Assembly: GCA_964603065.1 (NCBI GenBank)
Contig: CAZRTL010000004.1
Coordinates: forward strand, 9,686-73,685
DNA: 64,000 nt
Reading direction: 5' to 3'
DNA from: Candidatus Woesearchaeota archaeon
Lineage (GTDB): Archaea > Nanobdellota > Nanobdellia > SCGC-AAA011-G17 > PNOQ01
This document shows, one piece after another, positions 1-9,477 of the stretch. The first letter of the stretch is position 1. Every line of letters begins with the position of its first letter. A model generated the notes under the pieces. That model ran no database searches. It saw only the letters and a program-made list of their open reading frames with translations, and was not told where the DNA came from. The translations under genes and the position numbers were made by a program.

Positions 1-130
1 TCTTTTCGGAATAGTATTTGTGTTAATAGGTCTTAAGACATTATTTTGGAGACACTGTTGTCACTAAATAACTTCTTTTTTATTTTTTAGTATATAAGTT
101 TTTATAAATTGGAGTACTTTTTAATTCTAA

Positions 131-1960
131 ATGAAAGACTTATTTCCTTTTGAATCTTACAGAAAAGGCCAAGATTCTTTTATTAAAGTTGTAAATACTG
201 CTTTGGCGTATAAAAAAGATGTTTTGGCAAATGTTCCTACTGGAGTTGGGAAAACTGCTGCTACATTGGCCCCTACTTTAAAATATGCTATAGAGAACGA
301 TAAGACTGTTATTTTTTTAACTTCAAAGCATACTCACCATAAAATTGCTGTGGAGACCTTAAGAGAGATAAAAGAAAAACATAATGTTCAATTTCAGGTT
401 GCGGATTTTATTGGAAAGATTTGGATGTGTCCTCGTGAGGATATTGGAAGCTTGAATTCTAATGAATTTAGAGTTTTTTGTAAAAATGCTGTTGAAAATA
501 AAGAGTGTGACCACTATAAGAATTATTATGATAAGTCGAAGATATTTGTTAATCAAGGTTTAAAGCAAGATCTTAAAGACAATATTTATCATGTTGAGGA
601 GCTAGTTAATAGGTGTAGAAATGCCGAAGTTTGTACTTTTGAAGCTGCAGCAGATGTTGGGAAGAAAGCCAAAGTGATTATTGTTGACTATTTTCATATT
701 TTGAACCCTTCAACTAGGAAGGCTTTTTTGAAAAAGATAAATAAAGAGTTGGAAAACTGTATTTTAATTTGGGATGAGGCCCATAATCTGCCTTCTCGAG
801 CTAGAGATTTAATGTCAGATAATATTAGTACTTTCAGTTTAGATTCTGCAATTAAGGAAGCGGGTAGATTCAATCAAGAATTGGAACCTGAGATTATAGA
901 AATTAGAAATAAATTATTAATATTGAGTGAGAAATTGGGAGTTGAAAAGAGTGAAGTTTTAGTTAGTAAAGATGAATTCAGAGTTTTAAATGAAGCTTTG
1001 ATTGAAAATTTAGCTAAGACTTCTGAAAAAGTGGTTGAGGAGGAGAAGAGAAGTTTTTTGAATTCTTTGGCCGTGTTTTTGTCTTTATGGAAGAATGAGG
1101 ATAGCAGATTTTCAAGAATATTGAAAAGGAGTTTTACAAGGGCTGGAAAGCCCATCATTTCTTTGTTTTACAATTGTTTAGATCCTAGTATTGTTATGGA
1201 AGATATAATAAAAATTGCACATTCTAATATTTTTATGTCAGGAACTTTATATCCGTTAGACATGTATGGGGAAATTTTTGGCTTGGAATTGCCATTAAAA
1301 GTTGAATATGAAAATCCTTTTCCTAAAGAAAATAGATTGGATTTGGTTGTTCCAGCTATAACTACTAAATTTACTTCGAGAGGTAGTGAGATGTATGAAA
1401 GGATAGCCGATAATATAAATGAGTTAGTTGATATTATTAAAGGAAATAAAATATTCTTTTTTCCTAGTTATGATTTGATTAATAAAGTGAAAGATAAAAT
1501 TGAAGCTAAAAACTTATTTATTGAGGAGAGTGGGATGAGTAAGTTAGCCAGAGAAGATATCCTAAATAGGTTTTCTATATTGAAAGAAGAGGGCTGTACT
1601 TTGATAGCTGTGAGTTCTGGAAGTTTTGGAGAGAGTATAGATCTCAAGGGAGATAAACTAAAAGCAGTTGTTATTGTTGGATTGCCATTTGCTAAGAATG
1701 ATTTAGAAAATAAAGAATTAATTAGATATTATGATGAAAAGTTTGGAAAGGGTTTGGATTATGGGTATATTATTCCGGCATTTACAAATGTCTTACAAAA
1801 TGCTGGAAGATGCATTAGAAGTGAAATGGACAAAGGCGTCATTATTTACCTTGATGAGAGGTATGCTTGGAGTAATTATAGGAAATGTTTTCCTGCTTCT
1901 ATTGAATTGAATGGAGCAAGGAGCTATGATGATGTGAAAGAATTCTATTCTAAAATATAG
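131..1960 (+). CDS. xpd: XPD/Rad3-family SF2 DNA helicase with FeS-cluster domain
   Basis: Walker A (VPTGVGKTAA), DEAH box (WDEAHNL), four Cys (WMC, FCK, ECD, EVC) at the FeS-domain position, 609 aa, typical for archaeal XPD. Confidence 0.8.
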   Translation: MKDLFPFESYRKGQDSFIKVVNTALAYKKDVLANVPTGVGKTAATLAPTLKYAIENDKTVIFLTSKHTHHKIAVETLREIKEKHNVQFQVADFIGKIWMCPREDIGSLNSNEFRVFCKNAVENKECDHYKNYYDKSKIFVNQGLKQDLKDNIYHVEELVNRCRNAEVCTFEAAADVGKKAKVIIVDYFHILNPSTRKAFLKKINKELENCILIWDEAHNLPSRARDLMSDNISTFSLDSAIKEAGRFNQELEPEIIEIRNKLLILSEKLGVEKSEVLVSKDEFRVLNEALIENLAKTSEKVVEEEKRSFLNSLAVFLSLWKNEDSRFSRILKRSFTRAGKPIISLFYNCLDPSIVMEDIIKIAHSNIFMSGTLYPLDMYGEIFGLELPLKVEYENPFPKENRLDLVVPAITTKFTSRGSEMYERIADNINELVDIIKGNKIFFFPSYDLINKVKDKIEAKNLFIEESGMSKLAREDILNRFSILKEEGCTLIAVSSGSFGESIDLKGDKLKAVVIVGLPFAKNDLENKELIRYYDEKFGKGLDYGYIIPAFTNVLQNAGRCIRSEMDKGVIIYLDERYAWSNYRKCFPASIELNGARSYDDVKEFYSKI

Positions 1961-2006
1961 TTTTTTCTGCTATAATCCTTTTAAGTTGGATTAATTTACC
2001 AAAAAT

Positions 2007-2450
2007 ATGGAAAGAGGCCATTTTAATGAAAGTCATTTTGATATCAAACCTAGGAATGATTTATTAGCGAAGTGCAAAAAATGCGGCAATAAGGCTCCGG
2101 CTAAAGATTTTAAGATAGATGATGATCTTGGAGTTATGGTTTGTAGTAACTGTTTTCAGAGCACCAGTTTTAAAAAAGTAAAAAAAGAGATAAAAACTGT
2201 TGAGGAAAAAGAGGTGATTAAAGAGAAACCTAGGTCTATGGTTATCTATGATGAGGAGGATGTTTTTAGAGAGAATAGAAAAGAGAGAGTTGTTAAATCT
2301 AAAGTTCAAGATGATAGACTAAAGTTTATTTGTGATAAATGTGGTTTTGGGTTTAAATATAATCCAATAAAAATGTGGCCACGTGGATGCCCAGCTTGTG
2401 GTAGAAAAATAAGAGATATCAAAGAGGGTAGTTCAATTATGAAGCTTTAA
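2007..2450 (+). CDS. hypothetical double zinc-ribbon protein
   Basis: Two CxxC...CxxC pairs (CKKCGN..CSNC; CDKCG..CPACG); lysine-rich linker. Confidence 0.4.
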   Translation: MERGHFNESHFDIKPRNDLLAKCKKCGNKAPAKDFKIDDDLGVMVCSNCFQSTSFKKVKKEIKTVEEKEVIKEKPRSMVIYDEEDVFRENRKERVVKSKVQDDRLKFICDKCGFGFKYNPIKMWPRGCPACGRKIRDIKEGSSIMKL

Positions 2451-2916
2451 CTCTTTTTAGAATTTTTTTTAAATAATTAAATAATTCTGTATGTGATTTC
2501 ATTAAGTCTTTGTACATTTTGTATAACAATTCAACTCTTAGGATATATCTTTCTTTAAGTTGTTTTTTATCGTTAGGCATTGTTAATCCATTATGAATTA
2601 AGTCTGCCATTTTTAGGATTGCTCCTTCTTTGTCCGTTATTATAAATTTCCCATCTTCTTTTTTTGTTACCTGATTAACCAGATTTGCTACTCGTTCTCC
2701 AAAATGTTCTTCTACTTCTTCTAATTCTATTGAAGAGTCTTCAACTACATCGTGTAAAATTGCTGCTATTAAGATGTCATTATCTTTTACGTTAAATGTC
2801 CTTAGAATTCCCATAACTGCTAATGGATGAACTATGAATGGTGATCCGGTAAGTTCTCTTATTTGCCCTTCGTGTGCTTTTACAGCCATTTCGAAGGCTT
2901 TGTGAAATCTATCCAT
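2437..2916 (-). CDS. HD-domain phosphohydrolase
   Basis: H..HD motif (ILHDVVEDS) and a downstream conserved Asp, 159 aa. Confidence 0.6.
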   Translation of the reverse strand: MDRFHKAFEMAVKAHEGQIRELTGSPFIVHPLAVMGILRTFNVKDNDILIAAILHDVVEDSSIELEEVEEHFGERVANLVNQVTKKEDGKFIITDKEGAILKMADLIHNGLTMPNDKKQLKERYILRVELLYKMYKDLMKSHTELFNYLKKILKRVKAS

Positions 2917-3030
2917 AGAGTAATTAGAGTGTTAAAAAATATAAAAGGTTAACTGAGAATTATTGTCATTTTGTAGTAGTACATAAAGAAAAAGTTTATA
3001 AATCACGATTATTGGGTAAATCAAGAGAAA

Positions 3031-3564
3031 ATGGAAGATTTAATGTTGTATTCAACATCGGGATATCCTATTCAAGTGATCGGTGCGGGATATGATGGCC
3101 TAGTAGCTAGAGTTTCTATGGATCATGTTGCTAAGGTTTTCTTTAATAACAGGAGGGGCAAAAGAAGTTCAAAAGATTCTGCCAGGTGGGAATTTGATAT
3201 TGCGGAAAAACTATTTGGAAATGGGATTTCTGTTCCTGAACCCTTAGGAGTTTTTTTGTTCAGTGAACTAACTAAAAACATTCTTCATGATAATGATCCT
3301 TTTAAAGGGAATTTTAGAAGAAAGCTTCCCGAAAACCCAGCGGGGTATATCATGCACCACATTCCTGGGGCTGTAGACTTATGTAAAGTAAATTTTGCTT
3401 CAACTGAAGAAAAAAAGAGTTATTATGCATTATATGAAGAGGAAATTGAAAAAGCTAGAGAATTAGGTTTTGTTCCAAATGATTGTGGTCCTAGCAATAT
3501 GATTTATCAACAGGACGAAGGAAAAGTTTATTTAATTGATTTCGCTGCTTGGCTAATTAGTTGA
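3031..3564 (+). CDS. small atypical protein-kinase-like protein (Bud32/RIO/KdkA-like fold)
   Basis: Gly-rich loop GAGYDGLVARV, Lys in AKVF, catalytic-loop-like PNDCGPSNM, DFG-like LIDFAA. Confidence 0.4.
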   Translation: MEDLMLYSTSGYPIQVIGAGYDGLVARVSMDHVAKVFFNNRRGKRSSKDSARWEFDIAEKLFGNGISVPEPLGVFLFSELTKNILHDNDPFKGNFRRKLPENPAGYIMHHIPGAVDLCKVNFASTEEKKSYYALYEEEIEKARELGFVPNDCGPSNMIYQQDEGKVYLIDFAAWLIS

Positions 3565-3577
3565 TTTTTTAAAAAAA

Positions 3578-4975
3578 TCATGATAATTTGATATGTCTTA
3601 ATCTTACAGAGGGCCCACCCATTAAAACGGGGATGCCTTGCATAGGCTCGCCTTTCCCACAAGTTCCGGCGAAAAATTGTAGATTATTGGCAACTAAATC
3701 TATAGAAGACCATAATTTAGGAGTTGTTAATTCTAAAGCTGGACTTTTAACGGGCTTTGTTATTTCGCCATTTTCTATTAGGTAAGCTTCATTACCTACA
3801 TATTTTTGCTGATATCTTTTGTCATCAATGTTCCATTCCATAAAATTTTTGATATAAACTCCTTTTTTTGTTTCTTTGATTAATTCTTCTTCTGAAATTT
3901 TTCCAGGTTTTAAATAGGTATTTGCCATTCTAACCATTGGTTCTACAGAATAATGATTTGCACGAGCTGAACCGTTACTTTTTAGATTCATACTTCTTGC
4001 GGATTGTCTATCATGCAGAAATTCATTTATTTTTCCATTTTTGAATAAAACTCTTTCTTTAGCTTGTACTCCCTCGTCATCATATAAATAAAAACCATAA
4101 CTTCCTTCTAAAGTTGGGTCATCCACTATGGTTACTTCTTTAGATCCTATGTCAGAGTTTAACATTTCTTGAGTTACAAATGATTCTCCGGCTTGTGCTG
4201 CTTCTCTTCCAAAAATTCTATCTGCTTCTGTGGGATGACCGCATGCTTCGTGTACAGCGATTCCTGTAACTTCTGGAGCTACTACAACATCAACTTCATC
4301 TTTTGGAGCTGAGACTCCTTTTAACATATTGTCTCTTAAAGCTTTAACTTCCTTTTGTATTTCTGACATCAAGTTCCAATTTTTTAGAGCTTCATAGCCT
4401 GTTGTAGATCCTTTTTGTAAATATCTTTGAATTGATTGATTTTTTTCTATTAATGTTAAGAAGTAAAAGAAATTAACTCTTGGAATTTCTGAAGAAATTT
4501 GTGAACCCTCTGTATTTACATAGTATTTTTCTAATAAATTATCTGATAATGAAATATATTTGTGTTCTGCATCTATTCCTTTATCTATTTCAGTTAGAAA
4601 TTTAAATTTGTCTTCATGAGAAAAGTCTTGTATATTTTGTTTTTGTTTTACTTTGAAAGATTTTTTTACCGGTTTGCTTTCTGAGAAATCTATTTTTTCT
4701 GAAATTTTCGCCCCTTTTTGTGTTAATTTTAGTGATTTTTCTAATTGCTCTTTTAATTTTTCTTTTTTTAAATCATTTATAGAAACAAAACCCATATTAT
4801 TTTTTATTAGAAATCTTACCCCGATTCCTGCAGACTGGTCAAAACCAGTTACTTCAGGATTTGAATCTTTTAATATTAATCCCGTGGACGAATTAGTTTC
4901 TAGTCTTGCCTCTGCGTAATCTACTTCTTTTTTTCGTAGAAATTCAATTGAAAAATCAGCTAAGTCTTTGTACAT
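3578..4975 (-). CDS. tldD: TldD/PmbA-family metalloprotease
   Basis: HEACGH motif (GIAVHEACGHPTEADR), 465 aa. Confidence 0.8.
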   Translation of the reverse strand: MYKDLADFSIEFLRKKEVDYAEARLETNSSTGLILKDSNPEVTGFDQSAGIGVRFLIKNNMGFVSINDLKKEKLKEQLEKSLKLTQKGAKISEKIDFSESKPVKKSFKVKQKQNIQDFSHEDKFKFLTEIDKGIDAEHKYISLSDNLLEKYYVNTEGSQISSEIPRVNFFYFLTLIEKNQSIQRYLQKGSTTGYEALKNWNLMSEIQKEVKALRDNMLKGVSAPKDEVDVVVAPEVTGIAVHEACGHPTEADRIFGREAAQAGESFVTQEMLNSDIGSKEVTIVDDPTLEGSYGFYLYDDEGVQAKERVLFKNGKINEFLHDRQSARSMNLKSNGSARANHYSVEPMVRMANTYLKPGKISEEELIKETKKGVYIKNFMEWNIDDKRYQQKYVGNEAYLIENGEITKPVKSPALELTTPKLWSSIDLVANNLQFFAGTCGKGEPMQGIPVLMGGPSVRLRHIKLS

Positions 4976-4998
4976 GTATATTTTGAAACTTAGGTTGT

Positions 4999-5781
4999 TT
5001 ATATAGATTTCTGAATAACATAATAAAATTCGTTTTGAGTTTTTACTATTCTAAATTTGTATTTTAGTCTATTCAATAGTTTTTCAAACCATCCCCTTCT
5101 AGGATATTTCATCATTTTGTTAGATATTGTTTTTGTTGAGAACGAAGCCACTATAAATTTTGATTTTATTGATTTTAGTAATTCTTCTGAGAACTTATGT
5201 CCCTTTTTTACTTCTAATGGATCTATTACTTTGAATAAAAAAGCTATATCTGTTTTTGGTAAACCTTCTATGTTTTCTTTATTTATGGCTTTTAGTATTG
5301 CTTTCCCTTTTATATTTTTCATTTTGAAGTATTTATTTATGAAATTTACATCTTCTTCATCTATTTCTAAAGCAGTATAGCTAGGATCGCATTCTAGGAA
5401 AGGATAAGAAATTGGATTTATTCCAGAACCTAAATCTAAAATTGATTTTGGTTTATCTGTAATTAGAAAAATTCTGTGATATAGGGTGTTGTACGCCTTC
5501 ATCCTTTCTTTTGTTGATAGGTTTGTTTCTAATATTTTTCTGTGTAATTCTATTGAATTGGGATTATCTTTTAGTTCTTCTAATAATGTATCTCGCTTTT
5601 TTTTCTTTTTTACTTGAAAAGAACCATAGATTCTATGTAAACGTGCTTTGACTCCTTTTATTATTTCTTTGTCTTTTGCTTTAGGTTTTTTCTTTAGAAA
5701 ATTATTTATTTCTTGATCTATTATCTCATCAGATAAGGAAGCATATTTCTTTGATTTTATTTTATTTATTAGGGAATTCAT
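4999..5781 (-). CDS. SAM-dependent methyltransferase, FmrO/Rmt-like (16S rRNA m7G methyltransferase family) candidate
   Basis: ILDLGSGINPISYPF resembles the LD(I/L)xCGxNPL SAM motif of the Rmt/ArmA/Sgm family; N-terminal STKER-like helix; 260 aa. Confidence 0.45.
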   Translation of the reverse strand: MNSLINKIKSKKYASLSDEIIDQEINNFLKKKPKAKDKEIIKGVKARLHRIYGSFQVKKKKKRDTLLEELKDNPNSIELHRKILETNLSTKERMKAYNTLYHRIFLITDKPKSILDLGSGINPISYPFLECDPSYTALEIDEEDVNFINKYFKMKNIKGKAILKAINKENIEGLPKTDIAFLFKVIDPLEVKKGHKFSEELLKSIKSKFIVASFSTKTISNKMMKYPRRGWFEKLLNRLKYKFRIVKTQNEFYYVIQKSI

Positions 5782-7169
5782 TTCTTCGTAATTATGTAGC
5801 CTTCTTTAGAATCTTTTATTTCATAACCTTTAGAACTAATTTCGTCTCTTAATTTGTCTGATTCTTCCCAATCTTTGTCTTCTCTTGCTTTTAATCTTTT
5901 TTCTGCTAAACCTTTAATTTCTTTTGGGATTTTTTCTTCTTTGATATTTTTTAAATCTAAACCTAGGACTTCATCAAATTTGTAAAGTAATTCTAATTTT
6001 TCTTTAGAGCCTAATTCTTTATCCCTTAGGACATTCCATAAAACAGAAACGGCTTGAGGAGTATTTAGATCATCATTCAAACCAGATAAAAATTCCTTTT
6101 CATAAGTATTTTTTGTTTTGTTTGAATCTTTTTTTGTTTTTAATTCTAATATTATATTTTTTAATCTGTCATAAGCATTTTTTGCAGAATCTAAAACTTC
6201 TAATGAAAAAGCTAATTTTTTCCTATAATGTGTTAGTAAAGTTAAATATCTAAAATCTAAAGGAGAATAACCTTTTTCTCCTAAATCAGATATTGTGTAA
6301 ACATTTCCTTCAGACTTCGACATCTTTCCTTCTTTAAGAGTTAGCCACCTTAGGTGTAACCAATATTTTACCCAAGGTCTTTTTTTAGTAGCAGCTTCTG
6401 TTTGAGCTATTTCATTTGTATGATGGATTGGGATGTGTTCTTCTCCACCAGTGTGAATATCAAATTGTTCTCCTAAATATTTGGTTGACATTGCGGAACA
6501 TTCGATATGCCAGCCCGGAAACCCTCGGCCCCACGGTGAATCCCATTGCATAATATGGTTGGGCTGGTTTGTAATCCATAAAGCAAAATCTGAAGAATTT
6601 TTTCTTTCTGGGTCTCTTTCAACACGTGCCCCTTGTTTTAATTCTTCTAAATTTAAATTTCCTAGTTTAGTATAGTCTTTTGCTTTTGAAGTATCAAATA
6701 TAAGTCCAATTTTGGTTTTGTATGTGTAACCATTTTTTTCTATTTTTTTGATCATATCTATCATATCTTTAATATGTTCTGTTGCTTTTGCCCATTTTGT
6801 TGGTTCTAAAATATTTAATTTTTTTAAATCTTCAAAGAAAATATCTTCGTATTTTTTTGAGAGTTTTAATAATGATTCAGAAGTTAGAGGCAATTTTTCT
6901 CTTTTTAGAGCTTTCATCATCTTATCTTCACCTTCGTCTGCATCTGAAGTTAAGTGGCCTACATCTGTTATGTTGATTACATTTTTTACTTTTAGTTTGT
7001 TAAATAATAAGGTTCTTTTTAGAATATCTGTAAATATATACATACGCATGTTCCCGATGTGTTGATTCCAATAAGTAGTTGGACCACAAGAATAAGAAGT
7101 AGCAGTCCCTTTTTTTATTGGTTTGAACTCTTCCTTTTTTCTAGTTAGAGTATTATATAGTTTAAGCAT
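5778..7169 (-). CDS. cysS: cysteinyl-tRNA synthetase
   Basis: HIGN (HIGH) and KMSKS motifs, 463 aa; 4-bp overlap with the downstream gene. Confidence 0.9.
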   Translation of the reverse strand: MLKLYNTLTRKKEEFKPIKKGTATSYSCGPTTYWNQHIGNMRMYIFTDILKRTLLFNKLKVKNVINITDVGHLTSDADEGEDKMMKALKREKLPLTSESLLKLSKKYEDIFFEDLKKLNILEPTKWAKATEHIKDMIDMIKKIEKNGYTYKTKIGLIFDTSKAKDYTKLGNLNLEELKQGARVERDPERKNSSDFALWITNQPNHIMQWDSPWGRGFPGWHIECSAMSTKYLGEQFDIHTGGEEHIPIHHTNEIAQTEAATKKRPWVKYWLHLRWLTLKEGKMSKSEGNVYTISDLGEKGYSPLDFRYLTLLTHYRKKLAFSLEVLDSAKNAYDRLKNIILELKTKKDSNKTKNTYEKEFLSGLNDDLNTPQAVSVLWNVLRDKELGSKEKLELLYKFDEVLGLDLKNIKEEKIPKEIKGLAEKRLKAREDKDWEESDKLRDEISSKGYEIKDSKEGYIITKK

Positions 7170-7212
7170 AAGTTTTGTTTTGTTTTTTGATTTATATAGG
7201 TTATTGTTTGTT

Positions 7213-7255
7213 ATCTTGACAGCTTGCCATGTACGGCAAAAGGACTTATAAATGA
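7213..7255 (+). promoter_or_regulatory. conserved upstream motif (ATCTTGACAGCTTGCCAT...) + TATA box, copy 1
   Basis: One of five near-identical modules; TATA CTTATAAATG 19 bp before the ATG at 7274. Confidence 0.5.
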
Positions 7256-7273
7256 GATTTCCATTTTTTATTT

Positions 7274-7693
7274 ATGAAAAATAGATACTATGTAGATACT
7301 TCTATTTGGAGAGATTATTACGAGAATAGGTCTGACAAATTTAGGCCCTTGGGGGAATGGGCACTGGCTTTTTTTAATAATTCCTTAGAAAATGGAGATT
7401 TTATTCTTTATTCTGAGTTTGTTCTTTTAGAACTTGGAATTAAATATGATAGTGAGGAAATTGAAAAAATCTTGGAGATAGTGAATAGAAGAAATTTATT
7501 AGTTAAAGTAGAGATTACGGGGCAGCAAAGAAAAGAGGCCGCAATTCTCTGTAAGAAAAGGAAAGTTGCATTTGGAGATGCATTGCATATTATTTTAGCT
7601 AGAGATAACAACGCAATTATTATCACTAGAGATAAACATTTTTTAGAACTTGAAGATATATCTGAAATTAGAAAGCCGGAGAATTTAATCTAA
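7274..7693 (+). CDS. PIN-domain (VapC-like) ribonuclease
   Basis: N-terminal YYVDTSIW (PIN Asp), C-terminal ITRDKHF, 139 aa. Confidence 0.65.
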   Translation: MKNRYYVDTSIWRDYYENRSDKFRPLGEWALAFFNNSLENGDFILYSEFVLLELGIKYDSEEIEKILEIVNRRNLLVKVEITGQQRKEAAILCKKRKVAFGDALHIILARDNNAIIITRDKHFLELEDISEIRKPENLI

Positions 7694-7745
7694 TTTTATG
7701 CCAAATTTTTTGATGTATTTTTTCCCTACTTTTTCTCTAAGTTCT

Positions 7746-8036
7746 CTATCTTCTTTTAGAGTTGTGTTTGTTTTGGGTTTTCCAAAGTATTTTATTAGTT
7801 GATGTATTTGTTTTTGTTTGCTTAATTGTTTTTTTTTTTATGTTGTAACTGGTCTTTATCTTAGCTTTACCAAAGTATTTTTTTAGCTCATAAAGTGCTC
7901 TTTCTTTTTTTATTTCTTTTATTTTATCTCTGATAGCTTCTCTTATAAATTCTGTTTTTGTAGAATAATCTGATTTCATGGCTTGATCTATTTCTTTGGC
8001 CAAATTAGTTTCTACTTTAATTGTTATAGATTCCAT
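7746..8036 (-). CDS. ribbon-helix-helix (CopG/RHH) protein; C-terminal tail of doubtful validity
   Basis: N-terminal ITIKVETNLAKEIDQAMK...FIREAIRDKI is RHH-like; the last ~40 codons are low-complexity K/T-rich and overlap a poly-T/duplicated segment. Confidence 0.45.
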   Translation of the reverse strand: MESITIKVETNLAKEIDQAMKSDYSTKTEFIREAIRDKIKEIKKERALYELKKYFGKAKIKTSYNIKKKTIKQTKTNTSTNKILWKTQNKHNSKRR

Positions 8037-8121
8037 AGTAAGACTAAGTAAGACTAAGTAATATATAAAGTTTATGGTTTTTTAAGGAAAGTTTTAAATA
8101 ACTAAATCAAAAATCAATAGT

Positions 8122-9477
8122 ATGAAATATAAGACTCATAATTGCGGCGAACTAACTAAAAAAGAAGTTGGTAAGAATGTTATTTTATCTGGTTTTGTAG
8201 AATCAATTAGAAAGCACGGTAAGATTGGTTTTATTAATTTGAAGGATAGATATGGAATTACTCAAATTTTTTTAAGTAAAGAGTTTAATGAAGAATTATT
8301 GAAGTTAACTAGAGAGTCTGTTGTTAGAGTTGAAGGTGAAGTTAAGAAAAGACCTGATGCTAATAAAAAATTAAAAACGGGAGATATTGAAGTTTCTGCA
8401 AATAAATTTGAAATTTTAACTTTAGCTCCAGAATTGCCTTTAGAATTAAATGAAGATATTGAAAGTACTGAAGAAACTAGATTAAAATATAGATACTTAG
8501 ATTTGAGAAAACCTAAGATGCAGGATAATTTAGTTGTTAGGCATAAAATAATTAAAGCTATTAGAGATTTTTTGGATAAGGAGGATTTTTTAGATGTTGA
8601 AACTCCTTTACTAGCTAAGTCTACTCCAGAAGGAGCTAGAGATTATTTAGTTCCAAGTAGATTAGACAAGGGAAAGTTTTTTGCTTTACCACAAAGTCCG
8701 CAATTATTTAAACAGTTATTGATGATTGCTGGAATCGATAAATATTTTCAGATTGCTAAATGTATGAGAGATGAGGATTTGAGAGCAGATAGACAGCCGG
8801 AATTTACCCAATTAGATTTAGAGATGAGTTTTGTTGAGGAAGAAGATGTTTATGGTTTATTTGAGAAGATGTTAAAGTTTGTTTTCAAAGAAGTTTTGAA
8901 TGAAAATTTGAAAATTCCTTTTGAAAGAATTACTTACGAAGAATCTATGAAAAAATATAAATCAGATAAGCCCGATTTAAGAAAAAAAGGAGAAAAATTC
9001 AAGTTTGCTTGGGTGACTGAATTTCCATTATTTGAATGGAGTGAAGAGCAAAAGAGACATGTTTCTTGCCACCACCCGTTTACAGGAATACACCCAGAGG
9101 ATATCGATAAATTAGGTAAAACTCATGATATTAGAAGTAGAAGTTACGATTTAGTTATGAATGGTTGGGAGCTAGGTAGTGGAAGTGTAAGAATTCACGA
9201 TGGAAAATTACAAAGTGAAGTTTTCAAAGCTTTGAAGTTAGAGGAAAAAGATGCTAAAGAGAGATTTGGTTTCTTTTTAGACGCATTAAAGTTTGCTCCC
9301 CCTCATGCCGGCTTTGCAATAGGATTGGACCGGATGATAGCTTTGATTACTGAAAGTGAATCTATTAGAGAAGTTATTGCATTTCCAAAAAATAAAGATG
9401 CGAAAGATCTTATGTTGGATGCTCCAAGCAAAGTTGATAAAAAACAATTAGATGATTTAGGGATAAAGACAAAATGA
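8122..9477 (+). CDS. aspS: aspartyl-tRNA synthetase, archaeal type
   Basis: Class IIb motifs: FALPQSPQLFKQ, GxGxDR (AIGLDRM), N-terminal OB fold; 451 aa. Confidence 0.9.
   Translation: MKYKTHNCGELTKKEVGKNVILSGFVESIRKHGKIGFINLKDRYGITQIFLSKEFNEELLKLTRESVVRVEGEVKKRPDANKKLKTGDIEVSANKFEILTLAPELPLELNEDIESTEETRLKYRYLDLRKPKMQDNLVVRHKIIKAIRDFLDKEDFLDVETPLLAKSTPEGARDYLVPSRLDKGKFFALPQSPQLFKQLLMIAGIDKYFQIAKCMRDEDLRADRQPEFTQLDLEMSFVEEEDVYGLFEKMLKFVFKEVLNENLKIPFERITYEESMKKYKSDKPDLRKKGEKFKFAWVTEFPLFEWSEEQKRHVSCHHPFTGIHPEDIDKLGKTHDIRSRSYDLVMNGWELGSGSVRIHDGKLQSEVFKALKLEEKDAKERFGFFLDALKFAPPHAGFAIGLDRMIALITESESIREVIAFPKNKDAKDLMLDAPSKVDKKQLDDLGIKTK

Noticed and set aside
359-1158. Antisense or nested ORFs inside the XPD gene (359..556, 874..1158), and the many similar ones inside other long genes (for example 12451..12950, 13308..14630, 22105..22835, 37288..37638, 42037..42645, 58066..58653, 61185..62470)
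   Set aside because: They lie entirely inside well-supported genes on the other strand or in another frame and have low-complexity, biased composition. They are typical spurious ORFs of an AT-rich genome.
7274-8036. Canonical vapBC toxin-antitoxin operon
   Set aside because: The PIN and RHH genes are convergent on opposite strands, not co-transcribed with the antitoxin first. They are reported as separate genes.
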